DNA of 64,000 nucleotides from Paracoccaceae bacterium (lineage in GTDB: Bacteria; Pseudomonadota; Alphaproteobacteria; Rhodobacterales; Rhodobacteraceae): the NCBI GenBank assembly GCA_049291415.1, contig JBATPI010000184.1, positions 1,307-65,306 on the forward strand, written 5' to 3'. The notes under the pieces were generated by a model. That model searched no databases. It saw only the letters and a list, made by a program, of their open reading frames with translations, and had not been told where the DNA came from. Each line of letters begins with the position of its first letter. Position 1 is the stretch's first letter. This document shows, piece by piece, positions 9,642 to 19,757 of the stretch. A program made the position numbers and the translations under genes.

Positions 9642-9890
9642 TCAGACCAGCGTGATTGCATTTTCGGCTCCTGCATAATGGGCCAGGGGCGGCGAACCGC
9701 CCCCGGCAGTTTTCGTTATGGGGTTAGGTCCGAAGTCGAAGTTATTGATGTTTTCCTTGGTGAAAACAGTACGCACGGGCAAAAGGATGATGCCGTTGCC
9801 CTCAGCCCCATAGCTGTATCCCTGCACGGAATTCGGCGATACCTCGACCGTTCCGATCCCGTCGATGTCCAGCGTGTCACCCACATTCAT
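9642..9890 (-). CDS. Hypothetical 82-aa ORF; possibly the 3' remnant of a gene disrupted by the adjacent IS
   Basis: The reading frame stays open upstream of its ATG (..LKPTGKGEVTPKTAVAQQCP-M..) right up to the IS remnant end. No family was recognised. Confidence 0.25.
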   Translation of the reverse strand: MNVGDTLDIDGIGTVEVSPNSVQGYSYGAEGNGIILLPVRTVFTKENINNFDFGPNPITKTAGGGSPPLAHYAGAENAITLV

Positions 9891-9946
9891 CGGGCATTGT
9901 TGCGCAACTGCAGTCTTAGGCGTGACTTCCCCTTTCCCTGTTGGCT

Positions 9947-10575
9947 TCAGGCCACGCGAACGATCTCGGCGGTGCCGAGTGCGTTGAAGCGGTTTATGAG
10001 GGCGACGCGGATCTGGATTTCGCCAGTTTGCCGGTCTTGGTCTCTCGCGGCGATCCGCTCCCCAAAGGCCCTGAGGCAGCGCATCTTTGCCTCGATCCGA
10101 CTTCGTGCGTGATATCCGGTCCAGCGCTTCCAGAGCGCCCTGCCGTAGTGCCGGGTGGCGCGTAGAGTTTCATTTCTGGCGATCGCGGCCGGGCAGTCCT
10201 CTTTCCACGGCGGCCTGTAGGTCGATGATGGCCGTGTGGCAGCGGCGGGTGTCATAGGCGCCATCAGCGGTCACCGTGCCGATCACTTCGCCCTCGGGGA
10301 TCTGGTCGAGCAACTCCGGCAATACCGGGCTGTCGCTATCGCTGCTGGGGGTGGATTCCACCACCCGGATGTCCGAAGTGGCCGTGTCCATGGCCAGATA
10401 GCACCTCTCGCCCCCTCTCCCGCATGCAGGCATGCGTTGCCGGGCAACGGATCAGCAACGACCCGCGCTTCATAATTGACGCGGTGTAGCTGGACCAGTT
10501 CGTGGTGCGGTAGCGGGCGGGTGATGGTTTGCTCACGCAGCCTGTCTAACCACGTCGATTCACAATGTGAATCGC
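9947..10575 (-). mobile_element. Decayed IS5-family insertion sequence (transposase with a large internal deletion plus a frameshift)
   Basis: Three overlapping ORF pieces. The N-terminus is MSKPSPARYRTTNWSSYTAS..KRGSLLI (10536 down). The middle is ..LAMDTATSDIRVVESTPSSDSDSPVLPELLDQIPEGEVIGTVTADGAYDTRRCHTAII. The C-terminus, in another frame, is ..PPWKEDCPAAIARNETLRATRHYGRALWKRWTGYHARSRIEAKMRCLRAFGERIAARDQDRQTGEIQIRVALINRFNALG. These are collinear with IS5-type DDE transposases, but roughly a third of the protein is missing between pieces 1 and 2. A 19-bp palindrome CGATTCACAATGTGAATCG lies at 10556-10574, at the 5' end. Confidence 0.7.
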
Positions 10576-10635
10576 CCACAGTCGGAGTTCTGCAACACCG
10601 CCCAGCAGGAGCAGCACGTCGGTCCTCTCGCTCAT

Positions 10636-10839
10636 CTAAACGATGGGACCGTAGCTGTAGTTCGGGGGCGGATCGCGTAACAGGGACGACACATAGGCTG
10701 CCTTGGCGTGTTTGCGGTTCAAGTGGGCCATGACGCCCTTAAGGCCCCATGATGCAGTGATGGTCTCGTCGCCGTCCACAAGAATAGTCGCTCCGTCCAC
10801 GTCGGTGATCTTGCCCTTTTCGGCATCAAAGCCCGTCAT
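10636..10839 (-). pseudogene. Short ORF resembling the C-terminal end of MvaI/BcnI-type restriction endonuclease family proteins (fragment)
   Basis: 67 aa: ..TASWGLKGVMAHLNRKHAKAAYVSSLLRDPPPNYSYGPIV. The W-x-x-x-L-x-x-H-W/L-N-R-K-H-A-x-A-x-Y-V pattern is recalled from that family. An in-frame TAG lies 6 codons upstream of the ATG, so it can be no more than a fragment. Confidence 0.3.
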
Positions 10840-10933
10840 GCGCAGGCCGAGGCCTCTCTATGTGCGAAAATTCCGTGTGGATGGCCCACAGAGGCCCGCA
10901 GTGATTGCAGGAAGGGTGGTAGCCACCAAACAT

Positions 10934-10985
10934 CCCAAGTGCGCGGTGTTAGTGACCAAAGTGCCCACAAACATGGCCAAAGTGC
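10934..10985. repeat. Three direct copies of CC(A)AAGTGC spaced 21-22 bp apart, 35-85 bp beyond the 3' end of tRNA-Lys
   Basis: Copies are CCCAAGTGC at 10934-10942, CCAAAGTGC at 10956-10964 and CCAAAGTGC at 10977-10985. The spacing corresponds to two helical turns. Confidence 0.6.
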
Positions 10986-11018
10986 TCAGGCTGGATGACC
11001 AGCGACAATTCGGTGTTA

Positions 11019-11094
11019 TGGTGAGCCGGACAGGATTCGAACCTGTGACCCGCTGATTAAAAGTCAGCTGCTCTACCAACTGAGCTACCGGCCC
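11019..11094 (-). tRNA. tRNA-Lys (anticodon UUU), CCA encoded
   Basis: The reverse complement GGGCCGGTAGCTCAGTTGGTAGAGCAGCTGACTTTTAATCAGCGGGTCACAGGTTCGAATCCTGTCCGGCTCACCA folds as a cloverleaf. It has a 7-bp acceptor stem, anticodon loop CTTTTAA and T-loop GGTTCGAATCC. Confidence 0.95.
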
Positions 11095-11190
11095 ACAACG
11101 CGGCGGTGATTATGGGGATAGGGGCCGGGGGTCAAGGGACAAAATGCGGATGCTCTGGCAAATTCCCGTTTGCGGGCTTATAGATCGCAC

Positions 11191-12030
11191 ATGATCCATC
11201 ATGGCGCCCCTACGGGCCTGCCCTTCATCAAAATGCATGGGGCGGGCAATGATTTCGTCATAATCGACTCGCGCGGGCGCGGAGCGGTGGTGACACCTGC
11301 GCTGGCTGTAAAGCTGGGGGATCGGCACCGCGGCGTCGGGTTTGACCAGTTGGCTGAGATTCGCGATGCAGACTCTGCCGATTTAGCACTGGACTTCTGG
11401 AACAGCGATGGCAGCCGTGCCGGGGCCTGTGGCAATGCCACCCGCTGCGTGGCCGATCATGTCATGCGCGGATCTGGACAGCAGGCGCTGACGCTGGTGA
11501 CGGCGCGCGGCCAGCTGCACGCCTTGCGCGGGGCAGATGGGCAGGTCAGCGTCAACATGGGCCAACCGCAGCTGCAATGGCACGATGTGCCCTTGGCGCA
11601 TGAGGTTGACCCCCTGCACCTGCCGCTGCAGGGCGATCCGGTGGCCGTTGGCATGGGCAATCCGCATTGCGTGTTCTTCGTGCCCGACGCCGAAGCGGTG
11701 GATCTGCCCGGTCTGGGGCCACGGATTGAGCATGACCCGTTGTTTCCGCAGCGCACCAATGCCGAATTCGCCAGTCTGATCGCGCCAAACCACCTACGGA
11801 TGCGGGTGTGGGAGCGGGGGGCCGGGATCACGCTGGCCTGCGGCTCGGGTGCCTGTGCAACGGCGGTGGCGGCCCATCTGCGGGGGCTGACCGGGCGGCA
11901 GGTGACACTGCAATTGGACGGTGGTTTGCTGCAGGTTGACTGGCGCGACGATGGCGTCTGGTTGTCCGGGCCAGTGGCCACGGTCTTTGATGGCCATCTT
12001 TCGACCGAATTCCTGGCGGCCTTGGGGTAA
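11191..12030 (+). CDS. dapF: Diaminopimelate epimerase
   Basis: Start set at ATG 11191. Motifs are [15 protein letters not shown], the catalytic-Cys contexts ..GACGNATRC.. and ..LACGSGACA.., and NAEF. 279 aa. Confidence 0.9.
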   Translation: MIHHGAPTGLPFIKMHGAGNDFVIIDSRGRGAVVTPALAVKLGDRHRGVGFDQLAEIRDADSADLALDFWNSDGSRAGACGNATRCVADHVMRGSGQQALTLVTARGQLHALRGADGQVSVNMGQPQLQWHDVPLAHEVDPLHLPLQGDPVAVGMGNPHCVFFVPDAEAVDLPGLGPRIEHDPLFPQRTNAEFASLIAPNHLRMRVWERGAGITLACGSGACATAVAAHLRGLTGRQVTLQLDGGLLQVDWRDDGVWLSGPVATVFDGHLSTEFLAALG

Positions 12031-12036
12031 GCATCC

Positions 12037-13290
12037 ATGAAACCACCCGTCTTTTCAACGCTGGGCTGCCGGTTGAACGCCTATGAAACCGAGGCGATGA
12101 AAGAACTGGCCGCCGCGGCCGGGTTGGGCGGCGCGGTGATTGTGAATACCTGTGCTGTTACAGCCGAGGCGGTGCGCAAGGCCAAGCAGGAAATCCGCCG
12201 TCTGGCGCGTGAAAACCCGGGCGCTGCGGTGATTGTAACCGGCTGCGCGGCGCAAACCGAGCCGGAAACCTTTGCCGCCATGCCCGAGGTTGCGCGCGTG
12301 ATCGGCAATCATGAAAAGATGCAGCCCGAGACTTGGACGGGTCTGGCCGTGCCCGATCTGATTGGCGCAACCGAGCGGGTTCAGGTCGATGACATCATGT
12401 CGGTGCGCGAAACCGCGGGGCATCTGATTGACGGCTTTGGCCGTCACCGCGCCTATGTGCAGGTGCAGAACGGCTGCGACCATCGCTGCACGTTTTGCAT
12501 CATTCCCTATGGCCGCGGAAACTCACGCAGTGTCCCGGCAGGGGTTGTGATTGATCAGATCAAACGCTTGGTGGACAAGGGTTTTTGCGAAGTTGTTCTG
12601 ACCGGAGTTGACCTGACATCCTGGGGCGCAGACCTGCCCGCAACACCGCGTCTGGGTGATCTGGTGATGCGTATCCTGCGGCTGGTGCCGGACCTGGCGC
12701 GGCTGCGGATCTCATCCATTGACAGCATTGAGGTGGATGAAAACCTGATGCTGGCCATCGCGACAGAGCCGCGACTGATGCCGCATCTGCACCTCAGCCT
12801 GCAGGCTGGCGATGACATGATTCTCAAACGGATGAAGCGGCGGCATTTGCGCGACGACGCGACCCGGTTCTGCCAAGAGGCGCGACGCCTACGCCCTGAC
12901 ATCATTTTTGGCGCTGACATCATTGCGGGCTTTCCCACTGAAACCGAAGATATGTTCACAAACTCGCTAAACCTGGTTCAGGATTGCGATCTGACGTTCC
13001 TGCATGTCTTTCCGTTCAGCCCGCGCAAAGGCACCCCGGCGGCAAGAATGCCCCAGGTTCGCGGCCCGATCGTCAAAGAGCGCGCGGCACAGCTGCGGGC
13101 GGCAGGGGACGCCGCGCTGGCCCGTCACCTTGGGGCGCAGATCGGTGCCACGCACCGCATCCTGACCGAAGGGCCACGGATGGGCCGGACCGAGCAATTT
13201 ACCGAAGTGACCTTTGCCACCGATCAGGCCGAAGGTGTGATTGTTCAGGCGCAAATTCTGGGCACCGGGTCAGGCACTCTGACAGCATAA
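12037..13290 (+). CDS. mtaB: MiaB-like radical-SAM methylthiotransferase (tRNA t6A37 methylthiotransferase MtaB type)
   Basis: 417 aa. N-terminal UPF0004 cysteines (LGCRLNAYE..NTCAVT..GC), the radical SAM motif CDHRCTFCIIP, and a C-terminal TRAM-like region. Confidence 0.85.
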   Translation: MKPPVFSTLGCRLNAYETEAMKELAAAAGLGGAVIVNTCAVTAEAVRKAKQEIRRLARENPGAAVIVTGCAAQTEPETFAAMPEVARVIGNHEKMQPETWTGLAVPDLIGATERVQVDDIMSVRETAGHLIDGFGRHRAYVQVQNGCDHRCTFCIIPYGRGNSRSVPAGVVIDQIKRLVDKGFCEVVLTGVDLTSWGADLPATPRLGDLVMRILRLVPDLARLRISSIDSIEVDENLMLAIATEPRLMPHLHLSLQAGDDMILKRMKRRHLRDDATRFCQEARRLRPDIIFGADIIAGFPTETEDMFTNSLNLVQDCDLTFLHVFPFSPRKGTPAARMPQVRGPIVKERAAQLRAAGDAALARHLGAQIGATHRILTEGPRMGRTEQFTEVTFATDQAEGVIVQAQILGTGSGTLTA

Positions 13291-13370
13291 AGCGATGCGG
13301 GCAGAGGTGGCTTTTCTTTGCGCGGCAACCGTGCATAAGAAGCCATGAATCTTCGTATGGATACAGAGTG

Positions 13371-14168
13371 ATGACCCAGTTTGCCCTTCCTGACCGCCCC
13401 CTGAAAATTACAAAAGCAGGCCGCCCTACCTATTGGGGCCGCATCATCGGCAGTCTGATCATGATTGCGATTGGCTGTGTCGTCGCTTTTTTCCAAATGC
13501 CCAGCTTGCAGCATGACTGGGTGATCAGCCGAAACCCGGTGCTGGTTTATGATGGCGATGTGCGAAACGGCAAATGCACCACCCGCAAGGCGATTTTCAC
13601 CGATTGTTCGGCGCATCTGTCTTACAGCGTTGATGGCCAGCAGTATGAGACCGAGACCAGCCTGATGTTCGTTGATTTCCATTCCGGCGACTACATGGTC
13701 GATGTCGTGCGGTCTAGCGACAAGCCAGAGCTGGCAACCATGAGCATCGGGATCGAAAAGCTATGGAACAGGATCATCCTGTTTCTTGTCCTGATCGCGC
13801 TGACAGCCGGTATCGGGGTGTGGCTGTTCGCCACGGCGTTGGGGATGAAGCGCGCTGCGGAAATGATGGCCCGGCCGGGCCGGATTGAGGTGGTTCCGGT
13901 CAAGCTGATCAGCGTGCAAAACGCCCGGCGGCAGGACAGCTACACGTATCAGAGCCTGTCCGGCGTTGGCGGCACCTCCAAAAAAGTTGCCACCTTTGGC
14001 AAGAAAGAACAGCCCTTGATGCAGGCGGGCGCGGACGGTTCTGCCACCGCGCTGGCGGTCAGGCATCAGGCTGCGAAGTCGCTGGTCCTGCTGGATTCAA
14101 GGCTGACCAGACTGGACCTGACCGCGGCAGAACGTGACGCGGCGCTGGCTGGTCTGCAAGGTGTCTGA
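13371..14168 (+). CDS. Hypothetical two-TM membrane protein (DUF3592-like core plus ~100-aa C-terminal extension)
   Basis: Start set at ATG 13371; the longer track ORF overlaps mtaB. TM1 is IIGSLIMIAIGCVVAFF. A beta-rich segment (..HLSYSVDGQQYETETSLMF..VDVVRSSDKPELA) follows, then TM2 ILFLVLIALTAGIGVWLF. The family assignment is from memory only. Confidence 0.55.
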   Translation: MTQFALPDRPLKITKAGRPTYWGRIIGSLIMIAIGCVVAFFQMPSLQHDWVISRNPVLVYDGDVRNGKCTTRKAIFTDCSAHLSYSVDGQQYETETSLMFVDFHSGDYMVDVVRSSDKPELATMSIGIEKLWNRIILFLVLIALTAGIGVWLFATALGMKRAAEMMARPGRIEVVPVKLISVQNARRQDSYTYQSLSGVGGTSKKVATFGKKEQPLMQAGADGSATALAVRHQAAKSLVLLDSRLTRLDLTAAERDAALAGLQGV

Positions 14169-14174
14169 CGCGGA

Positions 14175-15212
14175 TCAGGTGCGGCGAATGGTGTCGCCCG
14201 GCTGCAAGGTTGGATGCAGCTCGATGATCTCGCCGCCGATGACGCCGGTGGGCCGCTTGCCTGCGATGATCTCGGCCGCCTTGCGGCCGATCTCCAGACG
14301 GCAGGCATCCATTGTCGCTAGTTTGCGCGGCAGGCCGTCCAGCAACTCCATCCCATTGAACCCGGCCAAACCCAGCTTTCCGGGCACATCCAGACCCTGC
14401 TCCAGGCACCACAACAGGCCACCTGCGCCGATCATGTCGTTGGAGTAATAAAGGAAATCGACATCTGGTGCGCGATCCAGCAGCCGTTTGGTCATCTCGC
14501 GGCCCTTCAGCAGCGACGACCCGCCAGTGTAATATTCACGGTCCACCAGCGTCAGGCCAGCCCCGGCCAGCGCCTCTTCGAACCCTTCCAGCCGCTTGCG
14601 GGCGCGGGTGTCCTGGGCGGGCATATGTGTGCCCATGAATGCGATCTGGCGGTAGCCCGCGGCAATGATCGCCTCGGCCATCTCCCGCCCGGCCCGACGG
14701 TGTGAGATGCCTACGGCGCTGTCGATCGGCGTGCCGTCAATATCCATGATCTCGACGATCGGTACGCCCGCCTGTTCCAGCATCTGCCGCGCAGCGTCAG
14801 AGTGTTCGATCCCCGCAAGAATCAGGCCCGAGGGTCGCCACGACAGCATCTCGTAGATCACCTGCTCTTCACGGTCGTGGCTGTAATTCGACACGCCTAC
14901 CACAGGCTGCAGGCCGGTATCCTCCAGCACCTCGGAAATACCGGTCATCACCTCTGGGAAAACCATGTTCGACAGCGACGGGATGATCACCCCTACCAGA
15001 TTCACCCGCTGGCTGGCCAATGCGCCTGCGATCTTGTTGGGCACATAGCCCAGGGTGCGCGCGGCTTCCAGCACCCGCTCTCGGGTAGTGCCGGACACGT
15101 CTCCCCGGTTGCGCAGCACCCGGCTGACTGTCATTTCGCTGACGCCCGAGGCTTCGGACACATCGCGCAACGTCAGCGCGCGGCGCGGATCAAGGGTAGG
15201 TGGCTTTGACAA
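14175..15212 (-). CDS. LacI-family transcriptional regulator (GntR/gluconate-repressor-like)
   Basis: HTH is LTLRDVSEASGVSEMTVSRVLRN, followed by a sugar-binding domain. The start is uncertain. The TTG at 15212 gives MSKPPTLDPRRA-LTLRDV.. with the HTH near the N-terminus. The maximal ORF starts at TTG 15281. Confidence 0.8.
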   Translation of the reverse strand: MSKPPTLDPRRALTLRDVSEASGVSEMTVSRVLRNRGDVSGTTRERVLEAARTLGYVPNKIAGALASQRVNLVGVIIPSLSNMVFPEVMTGISEVLEDTGLQPVVGVSNYSHDREEQVIYEMLSWRPSGLILAGIEHSDAARQMLEQAGVPIVEIMDIDGTPIDSAVGISHRRAGREMAEAIIAAGYRQIAFMGTHMPAQDTRARKRLEGFEEALAGAGLTLVDREYYTGGSSLLKGREMTKRLLDRAPDVDFLYYSNDMIGAGGLLWCLEQGLDVPGKLGLAGFNGMELLDGLPRKLATMDACRLEIGRKAAEIIAGKRPTGVIGGEIIELHPTLQPGDTIRRT

Positions 15213-15288
15213 GGGTTGTGTCCAACTGGGGCTTTTGTCTTTGTTAGCGCCAATAGCACCTCTTGTCCAAGGCGCAATCAATGGATAG

Positions 15289-15302
15289 TGTTACCGCTAA
15301 CA
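15289..15302. promoter_or_regulatory. Imperfect palindrome TGTTACCGCTAACA upstream of the LacI/GntR-like regulator; candidate auto-operator
   Basis: 12/14 positions are symmetric. It resembles the TGTTAC-N-GTAACA type operator recalled for E. coli GntR. A half-site TGTTAGCG also occurs at 15242-15249. Confidence 0.35.
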
Positions 15303-15468
15303 GCCGTAAGGCTGACGGCCTTATGCCGTAGATGCGGGCTGGTTCCGCGCGGCAGGGGAAAAGAAGGGGGAAGTGGTGGGCCAAAACTTCACTTCTCCCT
15401 ATCTTTTTCGCCCCGCAAAACATGCAAATATTGCCTTGGCGGCCGGGTTTGTGCATTGAGGATGGCAC

Positions 15469-15544
15469 GGCCCCGTAGCTCAACGGATAGAGCGTCCCCC
15501 TCCTAAGGGGAAGGTTGCAGGTTCAAGTCCTGCCGGGGTCGCCA
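15469..15544 (+). tRNA. tRNA-Arg (anticodon CCU), CCA encoded
   Basis: GGCCCCGTAGCTCAACGGATAGAGCGTCCCCCTCCTAAGGGGAAGGTTGCAGGTTCAAGTCCTGCCGGGGTCGCCA. It folds as a cloverleaf with anticodon loop CTCCTAA and T-loop GGTTCAAGTCC. Confidence 0.95.
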
Positions 15545-15562
15545 GCGCAAAAGGTTGCACCG

Positions 15563-16135
15563 ATGACCCGACCCCCCGCCCTGCAAGATCTGGTAACACT
15601 CTCAGCGGCGGAACTGCTGACCGCAACGGAAGGGTCTGCCGCCGCGGGCCGGTTGCGGGACCGGCTGATAGCCCAGCCCGGACCATTGGCGGAACCCGCA
15701 CCTGAGCGATTGGCGGTGTGCGACTGGTTGCCGCTGGCGCTTCGTTCGGCAAAAAGTCGACGCGCTGCTTTGGCCGACGCTTTTGCGGCGATTGAGGGAC
15801 AGTTGGTTTGGCGCAGACGACTGACAGCAGACCCCCGTGATGCCACGTTCTGGAATGGGCACGCGAACGCGATGATCCTGGGCCCCGGTGGGCTGGAAGA
15901 GCGGTCGGACATCTGGCTGGGCGTCACGCTGATGGCACCGCAGGTGACCTACGCCCCACATAATCACCCGCCCGAAGAGATCTATCTGTCACTGACCCCC
16001 GGGGAATGGTGGAATACCGGAATGGACTGGACCGATCCCGGCCCGACCGGTGCGATCTACAACCCGCCGGGCATTCTGCATTCGATGCGGTCGGGGTCAG
16101 AGCCATTTCTGGCGTTATGGTATTTGCCGACCTGA
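15563..16135 (+). CDS. Cupin-fold protein resembling the DddL-type DMSP lyase family
   Basis: 190 aa from ATG 15563. The C-terminal cupin carries metal-binding motifs: TYAPHNHPPEEIYLSL (H-x-H-x3-E-E) and NPPGILHSM. The general pattern L-G-V-T-L-M-A-P-x-x-x-Y-x-x-H-x-H matches my recollection of DddL-like proteins. Identity is unverified. Confidence 0.5.
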   Translation: MTRPPALQDLVTLSAAELLTATEGSAAAGRLRDRLIAQPGPLAEPAPERLAVCDWLPLALRSAKSRRAALADAFAAIEGQLVWRRRLTADPRDATFWNGHANAMILGPGGLEERSDIWLGVTLMAPQVTYAPHNHPPEEIYLSLTPGEWWNTGMDWTDPGPTGAIYNPPGILHSMRSGSEPFLALWYLPT

Positions 16136-16142
16136 AAGCCGC

Positions 16143-16178
16143 AATCTGCAATCAATCCTAGTAAATTGATTGCAGATT
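16143..16178. terminator. Perfect 14-bp inverted repeat (AATCTGCAATCAAT / ATTGATTGCAGATT, 8-nt loop) between the convergent cupin gene and gyrB
   Basis: Seen directly. It is AT-rich relative to its surroundings and lacks a clear U-tract. It could act as a bidirectional terminator or RNA-stabilising hairpin. Confidence 0.45.
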
Positions 16179-16185
16179 CTGGCGA

Positions 16186-18666
<2,481 letters not shown>

Positions 18667-18717
18667 TTATAGCGGTTTGACCAGTGATTGTCACGCGCAG
18701 GGCACAAGATTTTGTGG

Positions 18718-19338
18718 TTATAGAAAGGGGATAACCAGCCCCACGCAGATCAGCAGAATGCCTGAGCCGACATTGATCCGATGCACAGCCGAGGGGCTGG
18801 ACAACAGCCGCCGCGCCCGGTCCAAAGACAGTGCCAATCCCAGATTGCCAACCATCGGAACCAGGGTCGAGATGGTCAGGATGATGATGACATCCGTCGT
18901 CGTCAGCCGTTCCAGCGTGAAAAAGCCGGGCAGGGCGCCCATGTAGAACAGGATCGCCTTCGGGTTGCCAATCACCGCCGCCACCCCGACCGAGAACCCG
19001 GCCCAGACGCCGGGCCGCGTCAGGCGGCTGTCAGCCCGCAAACTGGCCGCCGGCTTGCGGATCAGCATGACACCCATCAGCAGAAAGATCGCCGCCGCCA
19101 CCCAACGAAGGATCGACAGGAAGTCACCATAGCTGGACTCGATCCAGGTCAGGCCCAGAATGGCCGCCAAGGGCCAGATCATATCGCCGATCGCCACCCC
19201 CACGGCCAAGGGCCAGGCCGCCGCAAACCCACCCGACAAGGCGCGCGCGGTCAGCGCCACCCAGACCGGCCCGGGCACCGCCCATAGCCCCGCCATGCCC
19301 AGCGCGTAAAGCAGGATTTCATGCGGTGATATCGTCAT
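18718..19338 (-). CDS. LysE/RhtB-family amino-acid exporter
   Basis: Start set at ATG 19338 (MTISPHEILLYALGMAGLWAVPGPVW..), which overlaps the upstream stop as ATGA. About 206 aa with 5-6 TM segments. Confidence 0.8.
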   Translation of the reverse strand: MTISPHEILLYALGMAGLWAVPGPVWVALTARALSGGFAAAWPLAVGVAIGDMIWPLAAILGLTWIESSYGDFLSILRWVAAAIFLLMGVMLIRKPAASLRADSRLTRPGVWAGFSVGVAAVIGNPKAILFYMGALPGFFTLERLTTTDVIIILTISTLVPMVGNLGLALSLDRARRLLSSPSAVHRINVGSGILLICVGLVIPFL

Positions 19339-19757
19339 GGCAGGGTCAGGCTGCCGTCGTCCGCCAATGGCCAGAACGGGTTCATCGCCACTTCCCAGAC
19401 ATGTCCGTCGGGGTCGGCCCAATAGCCCGAATAACCGCCCCAAAACACCTTTTCCGGTGCCTTCAGCGCAGTGCCCCCGGCCGCCAGTGCCGCCGCATAG
19501 GCTGCATCAACCTCAGCCTCGGTGGAAAAATTCTGCGCCAGCGTCACAGCGCCTGTGCCCAGCGTTACCCCAGGCCGTCCCTGATCCTCCGCCAGCGCCT
19601 CACGCCCGAACAGCCCCAGCACGACGCCATGCATCTGATAGAACGCCACGCCATCGGTTCCCTCGCGCGGCACCCACCCCAGCCGGGCGTAAAATGCCTT
19701 GGCCGCCGTCAGATCGGCCACTCCAAGGGTGATCAGGGTAACGCGCTGCGGTGTCAT
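19335..19757 (-). CDS. VOC (glyoxalase/bleomycin-resistance/dioxygenase) family protein
   Basis: 140 aa: MTPQRVTLITLGVADLTAAKAFYARLGW.. with C-terminal ..GYWADPDGHVWEVAMNP. Confidence 0.8.
   Translation of the reverse strand: MTPQRVTLITLGVADLTAAKAFYARLGWVPREGTDGVAFYQMHGVVLGLFGREALAEDQGRPGVTLGTGAVTLAQNFSTEAEVDAAYAAALAAGGTALKAPEKVFWGGYSGYWADPDGHVWEVAMNPFWPLADDGSLTLP

Noticed and set aside
10858-11079. 73-aa ORF overlapping tRNA-Lys; likewise ORFs 15244-15483 and 15480-15752 overlapping tRNA-Arg
   Set aside because: They overlap tRNA genes with clean cloverleaf structures, so they are spurious.
12984-13370. N-terminal extension of the 394-aa track ORF 12984..14168
   Set aside because: The extension overlaps the 3' third of mtaB in another frame and is Arg/Pro/Gly-rich. 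The hydrophobic, coding-like sequence begins at ATG 13371.
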